The position numbers and the translations under genes are program-made. A stretch of DNA of 64,000 nt from Eledone cirrhosa (lineage: Eukaryota): positions 227,230,001 to 227,294,000 of the forward strand of contig OZ024740.1 in assembly GCA_964016885.1 (NCBI GenBank), given 5' to 3'. Below the pieces are notes generated by a model. It saw only the letters and a program-made list of their open reading frames with translations. It was not told where the DNA came from and did no database searches. Positions 15,316 through 29,076 of this stretch are shown here, in pieces. Within the stretch, counting starts at the first letter, position 1. The number at the start of each line of letters is the position of its first letter.

Positions 15316-16430
15316 ATAATGTTGATAGTGTTGTTGATAATGGCCATAATGTTGGTGATAATGTTGATAGTGTTGTTGATGATGGCCATAATGTTGGTGA
15401 TAATGTTGATAGTGTTGTTGATGATGGCCATAATGTTGGTGATAATGTTGATAGTGTTGTTGATGATGGCCATAATGTTGGTGATAATGTTGATAGTGTT
15501 GTTGATGATGGCCATAATGTTGGTGATAATGTTGATAGTGTTGTTGATGATGGCCATAATGTTGGTGATAATGTTGATAGTGTTGTTGATGATGGCCATA
15601 ATGTTGGTGATAATGTTGATAGTGTTGTTGATGATGGCCATAATGTTGGTGATAATGTTGATAGTGTTGTTGATGATGGCCATAATGTTGGTGATAATGT
15701 TGATAGTGTTGTTGATGATGGCCATAATGTTGGTGATAATGTTGATAGTGTTGTTGATGATGGCCATAATGTTGGTGATAATGTTGATAGTGTTGTTGAT
15801 AATGGCCATAATGTTGGTGATAATGTTGATAGTGTTGCTGATGATGGCCATAATGTTGGTGATAATGTTGATAGTGTTGTTGATGATGGCCATAATGTTG
15901 GCGATAATGTTGATAGTGTTGTTGATAATGGCCATAATGTTGGTGATAATGTTGATAGTGTTGTTGATGATGGCCATAATGTTGGTGATAATGTTGATAG
16001 TGTTGTTGATGATGGCCATAATGTTGGTGATAATGTTGATAGTGTTGCTGATAATGGCCATAATGTTGGTGATAATGTTGATAGTGTTGTTGATGATGGC
16101 CATAATGTTGGTGATAATGTTGATAGTGTTGTTGATGATGGCCATAATGTTGGTGATAATGTTGATAGTGTTGTTGATGATGGCCATAATGTTGGTGATA
16201 ATGTTGATAATGTTGTTGATGATGGCCATAATGTTGGTGATAATGTTGATAGTGTTGTTGATGATGGCCATAATGTTGGTGATAATGTTGATAATGTTGT
16301 TGATGATGGCCATAATGTTGGTGATAATGTTGATAGTGTTGTTGATGATGGCCATAATGTTGGTGATAATGTTGATAATGTTGTTGATGATGGCCATAAT
16401 GTTGGTGATAATGTTGATAGTGTTGCTGAT
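15316..16430. repeat. 42-bp minisatellite, ~26 copies (ATAATGTTGATAGTGTTGTTGATGATGGCCATAATGTTGGTG)
   Basis: Very homogeneous tandem array with a 14-codon period in the ORF track. Confidence 0.97.
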
Positions 16431-17564
16431 GGGTTATAAAAACACAAGGATATTTACTGACAAGTATCCGTATCACATGATACATGACAATAACAACTAC
16501 CACTGCAACTACAATCAATAACAACAACAACTATTGCAGCAGCAATAACAACAACAACTACTGCGACAACAACAACTACCACTGCAACAAGAACAACAAC
16601 AACAACTACTGCAGCAACAATAACAACAACAACAACTACTACTGCAACAGCAATAACTACTACTACTACTACAACTACAATAACAACAACTGCTACAAGT
16701 ACAACAACAATAACAAGTACAACTATTACTGCAACTACAACAACAAGTACAGCAAAAACAACATTCTCTGTTGGTTACATTCACATGAAGAGAGAGAGAG
16801 ATTGGCATATCATTACATTACACCTATTGGATGAAGACATCTTTCAATATCAATTTACCCAACCTTTGTTTTTGTTGTTACTTTCCATTGACACACTGAG
16901 TGTTGTTGTTGTTATTGCTGCTGTTGTTATTATTTTTATCTTGGTTGCTTTTCTTTGTTTTATTTCTATCCAACATCACAGCAATCTTGATAACAACAAC
17001 AACAACAATAATAATTATAAAGAAAAAATATATATAAAAAGAGGAAAAAAAACAAAACCAAAAACAAACCACGTAGGAAATAGATTTCCAATATGCAGGG
17101 TGCCACTTTCCAATAATTGAAACTTCACGTTCTAATATCTGGTTATCCACTTCCAATAATATAGCATTGAGTTAGGGTATCAATTCTAATATTTGATTTA
17201 TCCAATACTGATATTCCAGCATATAACTTGCTCCAGTATTTCAAGATATAGCAAGTCAAGTGTTGTGAGTTAATCCATTTTGTATCCTAATTATTGCTTC
17301 TTTTAGATAAAGGTGAAGAAGCAAAGGGAAAGGAAAGGAAAGGGAAGGAAATAACTTTTAAGAAGCATATAAGGAAATGAAAACAACAAAAAGTTCATAT
17401 ACCTTCTTTGAATAGTTATTACTTTGATGATTTGATCAATAAAAGCCTGTAGCTTATCCTTTGCCCTTATTCTTCATCTCCTCACATTACATTGTTTCTC
17501 CAGCCCTTATTCTTTATTTGCATACCATTAGAAGATTCTCTTGCACACACTCACTCACTCACTA

Positions 17565-17650
<86 letters not shown>

Positions 17651-17689
17651 TTGTGTTTATATATATATCATAGTATATTTCATATAGAA

Positions 17690-18320
17690 ATGATTTCTAC
17701 AGTGTTCAGCTCATGATCTTAAAGTTATGAGTTCGATTTATGGCAGCATTTTGTACTCTTGAGCAAAACACTTTATTTCACGTTGTTCCTATATACTCAA
17801 CTGGCAAAACATTGTACATGTGATTCAACAACTATCTTTATCATGCTGAATCTCCCTAAGAATTAAGTTATGAGTATACATGTGCATAGAATGATCAGTC
17901 ACTTGCACATTAATTTCATGGAGGCACATGGCTTAGTGGTTAGAGCATTGGCCTTGCAATCGAAAGGTTGTGAGTTCAATTCTCAGACCGGGTGATGTGT
18001 TGTTTCCTTGAGCAAGAGACTTTATTTCACATTGCTCCAGTTTACTCAGCTGTAGAAATGAGATGATAGGGACTGGGGTCCCTATCATTCCACTGCAAAG
18101 TGGACGTGTAGGCGCCACGGCAAAAAAGCACCCAGCACTCACTGTAAATGAGGTTGGTGTTAGGAAGGGCATCCAGCTGTAGAAATCAAGCCAGAATCAG
18201 TTCCCGTCCCACCCTTGCAAGCAGGGAAGAGCGGACGTAAAATGAAATGAAATGATGATGAAGCCGGTCCATTGATCAAGCCATTCGAACACTCACCTTT
18301 GGAACCGAACCAACAGAGAT
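17690..18320 (+). mobile_element. Old tRNA/CORE SINE with tail type E, split by a family A insertion
   Basis: Degenerate head and CORE (CTTGAGCAAAACACTTTATTTCACGTTG). The tail GCTGAATCTCCCT...CACTTGCACATTAATTTCATG resumes after 18260. A homologous tail lies on the minus strand at ~22030-22185. Confidence 0.6.
17920..18260 (+). mobile_element. SINE family A
   Basis: Full-length copy with a perfect internal hairpin ATGATAGGGAC/GTCCCTATCAT. Confidence 0.92.
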
Positions 18321-18622
18321 CCAATATACATACCCAGATATATCTCCAAAAGCAATACCCCTTTTCTAGAGTGGGCTATGGTATCCAAACCATGACTAGA
18401 TTGTGAACCCATAATTTGAAAGACTTCTTCAGGTGGTGCTATTAAGTTAGACATGGCCTGGGCCAACATTGGCTGAAACCAATCAAAGCTATCAAAGTAA
18501 AGTTTTATTTATTTATTTATTTGTGTGTATGGAAGGAAGACAAAGGAAAACCTGGGCAGAGGTGGTGAGAACTAATCCCAAATTGCTGTAGCTCACAGAA
18601 GAGATGACAAAGTAACATGATG

Positions 18623-19009
18623 AGGTGCGAGTTGCTGTGCTAAGAAAAACATGTCCAACCCATGCAAGTGTTAAACAGCAATACACGAAATAAGGATGAC
18701 TATGATCATCATCATCATCATCATCACCGTTTTACATCTGTTCTTCCACGCTAGCATGGGTTAGACGGGTTGTCCTGTTGTGGGCAGTGTCTGGTCGGTG
18801 ACCATGCCTTGCTCATACAGGGACTGATTTGGCTTGATTTCTACAGCTGGATGCCCTTCCTAACACCAACCTCATTTACAGTGAGTGCTGGGTGCTTTTT
18901 CGTGGCGCCTACACGTCCACTTTACAGTATGGGCTGGGTGCTTTTTTGCCGTGGCACCTCCACGACCACCTTGCGGTGGGGGTTGTGGGGGCATATTGTC
19001 TATATGCTT
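18623..19009 (-). mobile_element. 5'-truncated RTE 3' UTR copy plus an 83-bp shared 3' flank
   Basis: Homologous to the LINE 3' UTR and near-identical to 28120-28508, including the sequence beyond the (GAT)n tail. Confidence 0.8.
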
Positions 19010-19473
19010 ATGATTATGAATGTAAAGGTCCATAACTAAATACCATAATGCATGTTTTGTCCTATGGTGTAAAGATTTAGCAAAAGATTACTATAATAAT
19101 ATGGAGGTGCAACAGCAGCAGTAGTAGTAGTAACAATAACAATAATGACAACAGCAGCAATAGTAACATCAGTGGCAATAGTAACAATAGCAGCAGCAGT
19201 AACAATAGTAACAATAGTAACAGCAGCGGCAGTAGTAAGAACAACAGTAGTAACAGCAACAGCAATAGTAACAGTAGCAGCAGTAGTAAGAACAGCAGTA
19301 GTAACAGCAGCAATAATAACAACAGCAGCAACAGTCATCTCATTCTAATGTAGGTGTTAATTATAGTTTATGGCAAACATGGTTATAAGATTTTGTTAGA
19401 TCAGGAAATATGCACTGAGAAAAGATGACATATTTCATATCCATAACACACATACATATCTACATACCTACAT

Positions 19474-19568
<95 letters not shown>

Positions 19569-19714
19569 GTGTGTGTTTGTGTGTGTGTATCTATCTATCT
19601 CTCTCTCTCTCTATATATATATATATGTAATAGAGAGGGAGAGAGAGAGAAGGAATTATGCAATAACATTTAAGTATCTGCATACATATATGATGATCAT
19701 CATCATCATACGTG

Positions 19715-19755
<41 letters not shown>

Positions 19756-20211
19756 ATATATGTATGTGTGTATGTATGTATGTATGTAGAAACCAAGCCA
19801 GAATCAGTTTCCGCCCCACCCTTGCAAGCAGTGAAAAAGCGGACGTAAAATGAAATGATGAAATGAAGATGATATATATATATATAAAACAAAACTGTGC
19901 AATAACATAGAAGGAAAGGAGGATGGACAATGTTTGTGTTTGCAGCCAGTGGGTAAAAGGTTATCCTAGAAATAAACATGGCCAAGCAGAGTGTTAAAGA
20001 TCTTTTGGTAGCTTTAAAAAGCAATCTACTTAGCTGAAGAAGCTGTGTAAACACTGTGGTTCCATTAACATTACTTCAACATGTGTGTAATTTCATCATT
20101 GTTACAACAAACATTAATGTTGCACTTTTTCTTTTTTCCTGCGTCTTTACTTTTTTTCTCGTGTCTCTCTTTTTTTTCTTGTTTATTTTATTTACTGTAT
20201 CATTATTGTTA

Positions 20212-21150
20212 TTAGCAGTATCAGTTGAGCGTCAGACACGATGCTTTGCAGAATAGAGTTATGGCTCTTTACATTCTGAGTTCAAATCCCACCGAGGTTG
20301 ACTTTGCCTTTCATCCTTACCGGGTCGATAAAATAAAGTACCAGTAATGTACTTGGGATAATTGCCGGCCTTGTGCCAAAAGTAGAAATAATTATTGTTA
20401 TTATTATGGGGTCGATTTAATCAAATTTCCTCTTCCCTTAATTTGTTGGCCTTGTGCCTAAATCAGAAACCATTATTTTCTGAGTTCAAATCCCGCCGAG
20501 GTTAACTTTGCCTTTCATCCTTACGGGGTCGATAAAATAAAGTACCAGTAATGTACTGGGTAATTGATGGCCTTGTGCCAAAAGTAGAAACAATTATTTT
20601 AAGCTGAAGTAGAGCAGTAGATTGGCAGAATTGTTAGGTTGTTCAAGAAAATATTTTGAGGTATTTGTTACAGTCCTCTATAGTCTGAGTTCAAATCATG
20701 CCAAAATCAACTTCATCTACTATCCTGACGATGGGGTGTCTATAAGATAAAGTACTAGTAATGCACTTGGGTCGATTTAATCGACTTTCCTCTTTCCCTC
20801 AAATTACTGGCCTTTGACATATATCAGAAACCATTATTAAGGTGGTAGACAGGTAGTATCAGTAGAGCATAGGACAACGTTTTACAGTATATAGTTACAC
20901 CCCTTTACATTCTGAGTTCAAATCTCGCTGTGGTTGGTTTTGCCTTTCATCCTGATGTTTTCTATAAAATAAAGTATCAGTAACACGCTGAGTCAATTTG
21001 ATCGACTTTCCTCTCCGCCAAAATTGTTGGCCTTGTGCCTAAATCAGAAACCATTATTGGGGTGGTAGAATGACAAAGTCAGTTGAGCATCAGACAATAT
21101 AGGGCCATGTAATCTTTAGTTACACCCTTTTACATTCTGAATTTAAATCC
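20212..21150 (+). mobile_element. Head-to-tail cluster of ~5-6 SINE family B copies and fragments
   Basis: Repeated CTGAGTTCAAATCCCGCCGAGGTTAACTTTGCCTTTCATCCTTACGGGGTCGATAAAATAAAGTACCAG core with B box and (ATT)n tail. Confidence 0.85.
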
Positions 21151-22495
21151 TGTTGGGGAGGAGAAGTAGAGGCAATCATAGATATTGATAAACGTAATGA
21201 CTTGGAAAAGAAAAAAAAACGAAAGTAAAGTTAGAGGTTTTGTAAGAAGGAAGAAAGGAAGGCAAGAAGTGAAAAATAGATTTAAACTAGGCAAAAAAAA
21301 AACAAAAGAAAGAATTAGAAGAAAAGAGAGAAGATAAAGAAGGAATGACTAAATAGTAAAATAAGGAAAATGAATGATAGAAATACAAGTAGAAAAAGAT
21401 TTACAAAAAACAAATTAAATAAAAAAGTAGAATTAGAAGTATTGAATAGATGGATGTAAAGGAATCTATTCTGATGAAAAAAAAATGAATCTAATGTAAA
21501 AAGTTTTAAATTAAAAACAAGAAAATAATATTTCATATTTGTTGAAACCATCATTTATTATATTCAGATTATACTAAAAAAAATATAGAATTTACATTTA
21601 TTCATAACTGAAATTTAATAATCAATGCTTTTGGCATGATTACCTTGCAGTTTCATAATCCTATTAATCATACTTCCAGGAAAGTTTTTTTTGTCAATAA
21701 TGTGGCCTCTAATTTGTGCCATGCTATAGTAGTTCTTGAACTTTGTTTTTTGTTTGTTTTGTAGGGTTTGGGGGTTTATTTATTAATTTTCTCAAATTTG
21801 GATTTTACTTTAATGATCTGACATAAATTTTTAATAGGATTCATGTCTGAAGATTATACAAACTGAAACAAAATCTTAATTTCATGATTTTTGAGGAACA
21901 AATGAACACACACACACATACACAAACATACACAGTAAGACACACACACATATATATATATACATACTCATACACACAAACACATATACACACATACACA
22001 CACACACACTAACATACTTATGTGTGCACATTGTTGCTGTACTTCCATTGGTTTCACCAACGAGTGTTCCAAGTGATTTGATCAACAGGGCAGCCTACTC
22101 ATGAAATTGATATACAAGTAGCTAAGCATTCCACAGACACGTGTACTCTTAATATAGCTCACAAAGAGATTCAGTGTGACAGTGTATCTCCTCATATTTC
22201 CTCAGTTTGATAAGTACTTTGAGCACAAAACTATAATCCCTTGATTCACTGTTATAGCTTAATGGCTCTACTGCCAAATACCTTTCTGGATTTGAAATTC
22301 AAAGTATATGCATACACTGCACAATTAAGAATGCAGAATAGGCTGGTCATGTTTTTACTTAGTTTATATGAATATCGGTATTGTAAACAAATATAGGTTG
22401 ATGACATCTCAAGTAAAATGACTGCCTAGACTTAACAAATGTGCCTGTAGTGATATACAGTCATATGAATTTATATATACTATGATATCTCTTGT

Positions 22496-22893
22496 GGAGA
22501 TGCCTGGCCTAGTGATAAGAATGTTTGACTTTCAATCATAATGCTAAGGATTCAATTCCTGGGCTGGGTTGCGTGTTGTGTTCTTGAGCAAAACACTTCA
22601 TTTCACATTGCTCCAGTATACTCAGCTGAAAATGTGTACCAGCAATAGCTGGGAGTTTAACACTGTGATGGTCCGGCAGCCTGTCCAGCAGAAGTCTTGT
22701 ACTCTCAGTCACTTCACACCACAAACCGTAATAAGCACCAGCCTGACGAGCCTCCTGGCTTGCAACAGACTTTAACCCTGTGATTGACTGGCATCCTGTC
22801 CAGGGAGTGTAGTCTTGTACTCTCAGCTATTTAACATGACAGAAAGCAGGATAAGCACTGAACTGATGAGCCTTCTGGTTTGAGACAGACTTT
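22496..22893 (+). mobile_element. Old tRNA/CORE SINE with tail type D, the tail tandemly duplicated
   Basis: Head and CORE at 22496-22640, then two diverged tails AAC(A/C)CTGTGAT...ATAAGCAC...CAGACTTT at ~22658-22773 and ~22774-22893. Confidence 0.65.
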
Positions 22894-23149
22894 AGACTAA
22901 GACTTTAGATGATATCTCTTGTTCCAGGCTTTTACTAGACTTTATTAGCAATGATTTGGAATATTTCAGCATTTTTATGTATACACAACTGCAAGTGAAG
23001 TTACAAACACTAGTTATGGAAAGCACATGCAATTGTATGTATGGGACAAAGCCTGAAACCAAAATAATGTAAACACAAAGAAAGTGTCACTTGATTACCA
23101 CTGCAGCCTGTGACTTCTATCCAAGTATACACATTGTATTTATTACATC

Positions 23150-23720
23150 ATCGTTTATAGAAGGTAGGTAGTGCTAGTGCTACAATAAGATGCGCCCAAT
23201 CCATTCTGTATAGTAGTAGTAGTACTTGTGCCATCATTGAATACACCCAGTTTACTCTGTAAAGTGGTAATGATGGTGCCATGATAAAATGCACCTTGTC
23301 CTCTCTGAAGTAGTTAGCATTAGGAAGGACATATAGCTGTAGAAACCATGCCACAATGGAACATATGTGTAAGACATGGTCATTTGATCTGTTTAGTTTC
23401 ATAAAGTGACAACATGTCTAACCCATGCCAGCATGGAAAACAGACGTAAAATGGTGATGATGTAAAATGTAAGATGATGATATATATATATTGCTGGTGG
23501 CACAACAAAATGTACCCAGTACACTCTGTAAAGTGGTTTGTGTTAGGAAGGACATCCAGCCATAGAAATCTTGTCAAAAATGCAATGTACAAGTGAGACT
23601 TGATCTGCTAACTCATCAAGAACAGTAGCTCTGATTAGGTATTATTTGATCTGCAATGACCTATTCAACCCATACCAACTTAAAAAACTGGCAACCAATG
23701 CTGTTACTGATGATGATGAT
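23150..23720 (+). mobile_element. Two decayed RTE 3' UTR/tail remnants
   Basis: Subrepeats ..ACCCAGT(T/A)(T)ACTCTGTAAAGTGG.., TTAGGAAGGACAT..GCTGTAGAAA, and CCATGCCAGCATGGAAAACAGACGTAAAATGGTGATG. A similar remnant lies at ~27590-27765. Confidence 0.7.
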
Positions 23721-24798
23721 AAAATATGTGTATCAGCATACTTATATGTGTGTGTGTCTGTGTGAAGAGGAAGAGACTATGAATGAAATAATTCACCTTT
23801 ATGTGGAATACAATTAATTCTTCTCGAATTCTGAAAACATTACAAAGAAAACTCCAGGTGGTAAATTAAAAAAAAGTAAAGCTGAATATGACTGTTGTAA
23901 GTCTTTAATACTTTAATGTTATTCATGTGACAACAATAACAATGGTTACCATACATAACAATTATAAAAATGAAATGTTTACAGATAAAATTCTATAAAA
24001 AGAAGAAATGAACAGAAGGTTGAAAAATAAAAAAATAAATGGAGTACACTAAAAAAAAAAATTAGATTTTTATCTTATTTTCGAAACATTTTTCTGCAAA
24101 CAAATTAGAGCAAATTGGCAGAGTTGTTAGAGAGTCAGAGAGAAAAACCTTGTATTTGTTATGGCTCTTTGTTATCTCAGTTGAAATCTCCTTGTGATCT
24201 ACTCTCAGGTCATGAATACCACCCCTCTCTGGCCCTGGCAAAATTTTATTTTAAGTGGTACCATTCCTGTGACAATTAATTTTCTTTAGACATTAAAAAA
24301 CATTCATGACAAAAAAAGTCCATTACTAGAAATCCCATACATTATAAAATAAATAGGATGGGTTGGGGTCTCAATATGTAAACTAAATGACTAATTCTGG
24401 GTTTTAAAAAAAATCTAGGGAGACAACCTAAAAAATTATCGATTTTCCAAACTCCCCTATTATTTGGGACCCAAGAGTACATAGTAAGTAATGAATGCTT
24501 GACCCTATCCACTATTGCAAGTAGACTATTACTCTGTTGATAGAATAACTGGGACACTAATTGTAGAAAGCAACAGATTTTCATTTACTTTAACTCTTAA
24601 TATCATGTACTGCCTGAAACCATATTAACAAGATATTCTTCTACAGTACAAAATAACACTATGACAGCATCATATCAAAGGTTTACTCATACTATTTCAC
24701 AATGATCTGTTCAGTAGTGAGGATACTATAAACGTTTGAATTAACAAACCTGCTTTTAGGTATTTTCTTCTAAATCATCAGAGTATGTTAAGAGTTAA

Positions 24799-25350
24799 CC
24801 CTTTAGCATTTAAGCCGGCCACATCTGGCCAGAATTCTCTCACCTCTTTCTGTTGAAACTGGTTGTAACTTGCTACTCATACAGGTGTTAAGGTATTGTT
24901 CTCAAAATAAATATAAAAGTTTCATAGCTTTGATATTACGTGAGACAATTATGTGAGGTAAAGTGTTTACCATGAAAATACAATAGTATATATAGAGACA
25001 CATGGCTTAGTGGTTAGAGCATTGGTCTTGCAATCAAAAGGTTGTGAGTTCAATTCTCAGACTGGGTGATGTGTTGTTTCCTTGAGCAAGACACTTTATT
25101 TCACATTGCCCCAGTTTACTCAGCTGTAGAAATGAGATGATAGGGACTGGAGTCCCTATCATTCCACTGCAAAGTGGTCGTGGAGGTGCCACGGCAAAAA
25201 AGCACCCAGCACTCACTGTAAATGAGGTTGGTGTTAGGAAGGGCATCCAGCTGTAGAAATCAAGCCAGAATCAGTTCCCGTCCCACTCTTGCAAGCAGGG
25301 TAAAGCGGACGTAAAATGAAATGATATAGAGTAATGTAAATGCTAAAGGG
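24799..25350. mobile_element. piggyBac-like MITE containing a SINE A insertion
   Basis: 14-bp TIR CCCTTTAGCATTTA / TAAATGCTAAAGGG flanked by TTAA on both sides. Confidence 0.8.
24995..25325 (+). mobile_element. SINE family A
   Basis: Full-length copy nested in the MITE. Confidence 0.9.
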
Positions 25351-25765
25351 TTAAGGGTTAATTATCATAGCATGCAACCCCTAGCTCTGCTACTTAATTT
25401 CCATTCCAAAGAGGAATAGTTTGGTGATAAACACCATGTATATAACAATGAATTCTCATTCTAGGAATATAGAAACATCAATTAGACTGCTTCTTCTGCA
25501 TTTTTTTTCTCCCTCCGTTTCTAGTTTCCAGTCAGATCCAGCATCTGTCATAACCATCATCATCATTATTAGTGTTGTTGTTACTTTGTTTTATTTATGT
25601 TATTTTTTTTATTAAATTTAGAAATTTCATTTTATTTTATTTTACTTTACTCTAAATTTATAATGTTTTTGTTTTTGTTTTTAACTTTAGATTTCGTATG
25701 TTTGTGTAAAAGCTTTTGTGATTTATTTATTTATTTACACCACACACACATATATATGCATATGC

Positions 25766-25816
<51 letters not shown>

Positions 25817-25903
25817 GACATATGTATATATATATATATACACACATATATATGTATACAGATATGTATACACACACATATATATATACATAATATATTT
25901 ATA

Positions 25904-25945
<42 letters not shown>

Positions 25946-27019
25946 TCATACATATGCATGATAGTATTGATGATGCACACACACACTCACACACACACTC
26001 ATACACACTCACACACACACACACACACACACTCTCATACACATACACACACACACACATATATATATAATACTAAAACTACACAGTGTAGAGTTAAACA
26101 ATCAGGGAATAGTGGCAGGTGTCTGCATACATGTATTGTATAAAGTGAAATGTGCAGTGTCAGTTAACAAGTACTAATCATGTCTTGGTTGACTGCATCC
26201 ATCTTAAATGTGCATTTTCAGGAGGTGAAACGAACATCTGGGATGAATCAAAATATAGATGATGGAGGTGGTGAAGGCAGGGCACTGTTTGCCACAAACT
26301 ATATCAGATACTTTTATTTCTTTCATTCCTTTTTCTTTCTTTTCTACTTTCTTTTACTGTCTTTTTCTTTCTTATTAATCGATTCTGCTCGTGGTTTGTT
26401 TTATGTATTTTTTTACATTTGATTTATATATATATATATATATTTTTTTTTTTGTTTCATGTGTTTCTCTTTTGTTTTTTTTTTGTTTTGCATTTGGTTT
26501 GGTTTCTGATTTGTTGTGTTTTTTTTTTTGGAAGGGGTATTTTTTTTTTGTGGGGGTTTCTGTTGCTTCCTCCAAGTACAAGACATTGTCATTCTGATGA
26601 ACATGTAATATACCAGATACAATACACTGCTGCTATATAACAGCTTGGATTATAACAATGTATTGCTATTCTATCAAACGAACTAACAATGCTATATACT
26701 GATTACATACTTATATACTTATATCACAGATATGATGCATGCTATTCTTAGTAATTTGCAATAACTAAGATACAACACAAAAGCTTTTACTTGCAATATA
26801 TAGTATCCCAAATATATTGCTCTCAGACCATTTACAATAAATCATATTTCATATACTTTGTATTTATATTATAAGCATTATATAAGAGTATTATAGTTTG
26901 CTTGAAACATTATAGAATATACAGGAAATTGTTTGTTTTCTGTGGGGTTTTTTCTTATAGAAAGCTTTAGTAATGGAGATAAAATATTAACCCTTTTGTT
27001 ACCAAATTACTAATAACAT

Positions 27020-27538
27020 TGTGGTGGATTGGCAGAATTACTTGTGTGTTGGACAAAATGTTTTGCGTCATTTGGTTTGAACTCTTTATGTACTGAGTTC
27101 AAATCCTACTGAGATCAACTTAGCTTTTCATCCTACGAGAGTTGATAAAATAAAGTACCAGTCGAGTACTGAGGTCAATATATCTGACTTACCACCCCAC
27201 CTAAATTTGCTGGAATTGTGTCAAAATTAAAAATATGTCAAATGAAAGACACTGCCTATGAATTTCAAATAATTTAAAGAATAATAAAGAAATTTGATGT
27301 ATTTATTAATATAACTAATTCTATCATTATTAGTGGATTGGCAAAGGGTGGTGGATTGGCAGTATCGGTAGAGGGTTGGACGCCATGCTTTGCAGCATAG
27401 AGTTACTCCCCTTTATGATCTGAGTTCAAATCCCGCCGAGGTTAACTTTGCCTTTCATTCTTACGGGGTCGATAAAATAAAGTACCAGTAATGCATTGGG
27501 TAATTGCTGGCCTTGTGCCAAAAGTAGAAATAATTATT
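27020..27538 (+). mobile_element. Two SINE family B copies (old ~27020-27230; young 27346-27538)
   Basis: GGTGGATTGGCAG head, B box, shared central core and tail. Confidence 0.85.
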
Positions 27539-28107
27539 AGTTGGAGATTTCAACGTAACTTAACAAAGGTTCTTACTCGCAAACAATGATAGAAGTGTGA
27601 TAAAATGCACTCAGTACATTCTGTAAAGTGGCTGTGCTGATAGTACAATAACATGCACCAAGCACACTTGGAAATGCTAGTGCTGGTGCCACAATAATAT
27701 ATATTTAGTACACTCTATAAAGTGGTTGGCATTAGGAAAGGCATCAAGCGATAGCAACCATGCTTAAAATATTCATAGTGAGACTTTTGTATGTTTATTA
27801 TACACAAACATATTGTATATGCCTATATATACCCCTATTACGAACTACACTATGTTTGTCCTACTGCTAAATGATCCTAAATAATCAAGTTCACACTATA
27901 TGCAAATATGTATCACCAGCTAATGTTTCATATGAAAAATAGCTTATAAGATATAATTGTCTCTAGTCTTAGTACAAACTAGGTAAATGTCAGCAATGAC
28001 AAAAGAAAATACAGAAATATGTATCTGACATTATCATACTTCTGCTGAAATTGTTGTGACCTGATCACAACTTAAGATATTCATTGTGAGAACCTTGTAC
28101 GCTTATT

Positions 28108-28590
28108 ATCATCATCATCAGGTGCGAGTTGCTGTGCTAAGAAAAACATGTCCAACCCATGCAAGTGTTAAACAGCAATACACGAAATAAGGATGACTAT
28201 GATCATCATCATCATCATCATCACCGTTTTACGTCCGTTCTTCCACGCTAGCATGGGTAAGACGGGTTGTTCTGTTGTGGGCAGTGTCTGGTCGGCTGAC
28301 CATGCGTTGCTCATACAGGAACTGATCTGGCTTGATTTCTACAGCTGGATGCCCTTCCTAACACCAACCTCATTTACAGTGAGTGCTGGGTGGTTTTTCG
28401 TGGCGCCTACACGTCCACTTTACAGTGTGGGCTTGGTGCTTTTTTGCCGTGGCACCTCCACGGCCACCTTGCGGTGGGGGGGTGGGGGGGCATATTGTCT
28501 ATATGCTTCAGCTTGTACCCATGGGAGGTCGGGTACTCTGTATTACTGCGTGATGCCAGAAGTCACGGTCGTGTGTCATTGCCTTTGATA
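28108..28590 (-). mobile_element. 5'-truncated RTE 3' UTR copy plus an 83-bp shared 3' flank and a second (GAT)n tail
   Basis: Matches 18623-19009, with an additional (ATC)4 at 28108-28119. Confidence 0.8.
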
Positions 28591-28632
28591 TAAATATATC
28601 ACATATGACTTCATATACATCTGTATTATATA

Positions 28633-28667
<35 letters not shown>

Positions 28668-28789
28668 TGTATGTATGTATGTATGTTTGTATGTATATAT
28701 ATATATATATGTGCGTGTGTGTGTGCGTGCATGTGTGTGTGTACATATATAGAGAGGGAGAGAGACACACATAAATATATATACTATGA

Positions 28790-28850
<61 letters not shown>

Positions 28851-28872
28851 TGAATGCATATGTGTGTATATA

Positions 28873-29060
28873 TCGACAGTCGATCGACTTTCGTCAAATC
28901 GGACCGAGAAAACAATGTTTCCATTGTCTATCGGTCACACAACTCCAGGTAGAAGGAGCAACGTGAAATAAAGTGTCTTGCACCACCCGGTCCGGGAATC
29001 GAACTCACAACCTCACGATTGTAAATCCAATTCTCTAACCACTCAACCACGTGCCTTCAC
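28873..29060 (-). mobile_element. SINE family C (tRNA head + partial CORE + structured tail)
   Basis: Homologous to 52224-52447, with an internal deletion. Confidence 0.8.
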
Positions 29061-29076
29061 TATATTTATATATATA

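Noticed and set aside
15316-16430. CRISPR-like regular repeats (also 31655-32837 and 40728-41112)
   Set aside because: No unique spacers and no cas genes, in a eukaryotic context.
15150-16530. His/Gln/Tyr-rich, Ser/Thr-rich and hydrophobic ~400-aa ORFs
   Set aside because: Several frames on both strands are open because of the 42-bp repeat, and nothing else supports coding.
17933-18172. Recurrent MPFLTPTSFTVSAGCFF ORFs (also 18770, 25034, 28193, 53318, 59254)
   Set aside because: Antisense translations of the shared SINE/LINE tail, not a gene family.
22743-22890. CTGACGAGCC..GGC and CTGATGAGCC..GGT as hammerheads
   Set aside because: No GAAA follows the stem; the sequence is part of the SINE tail D duplication.
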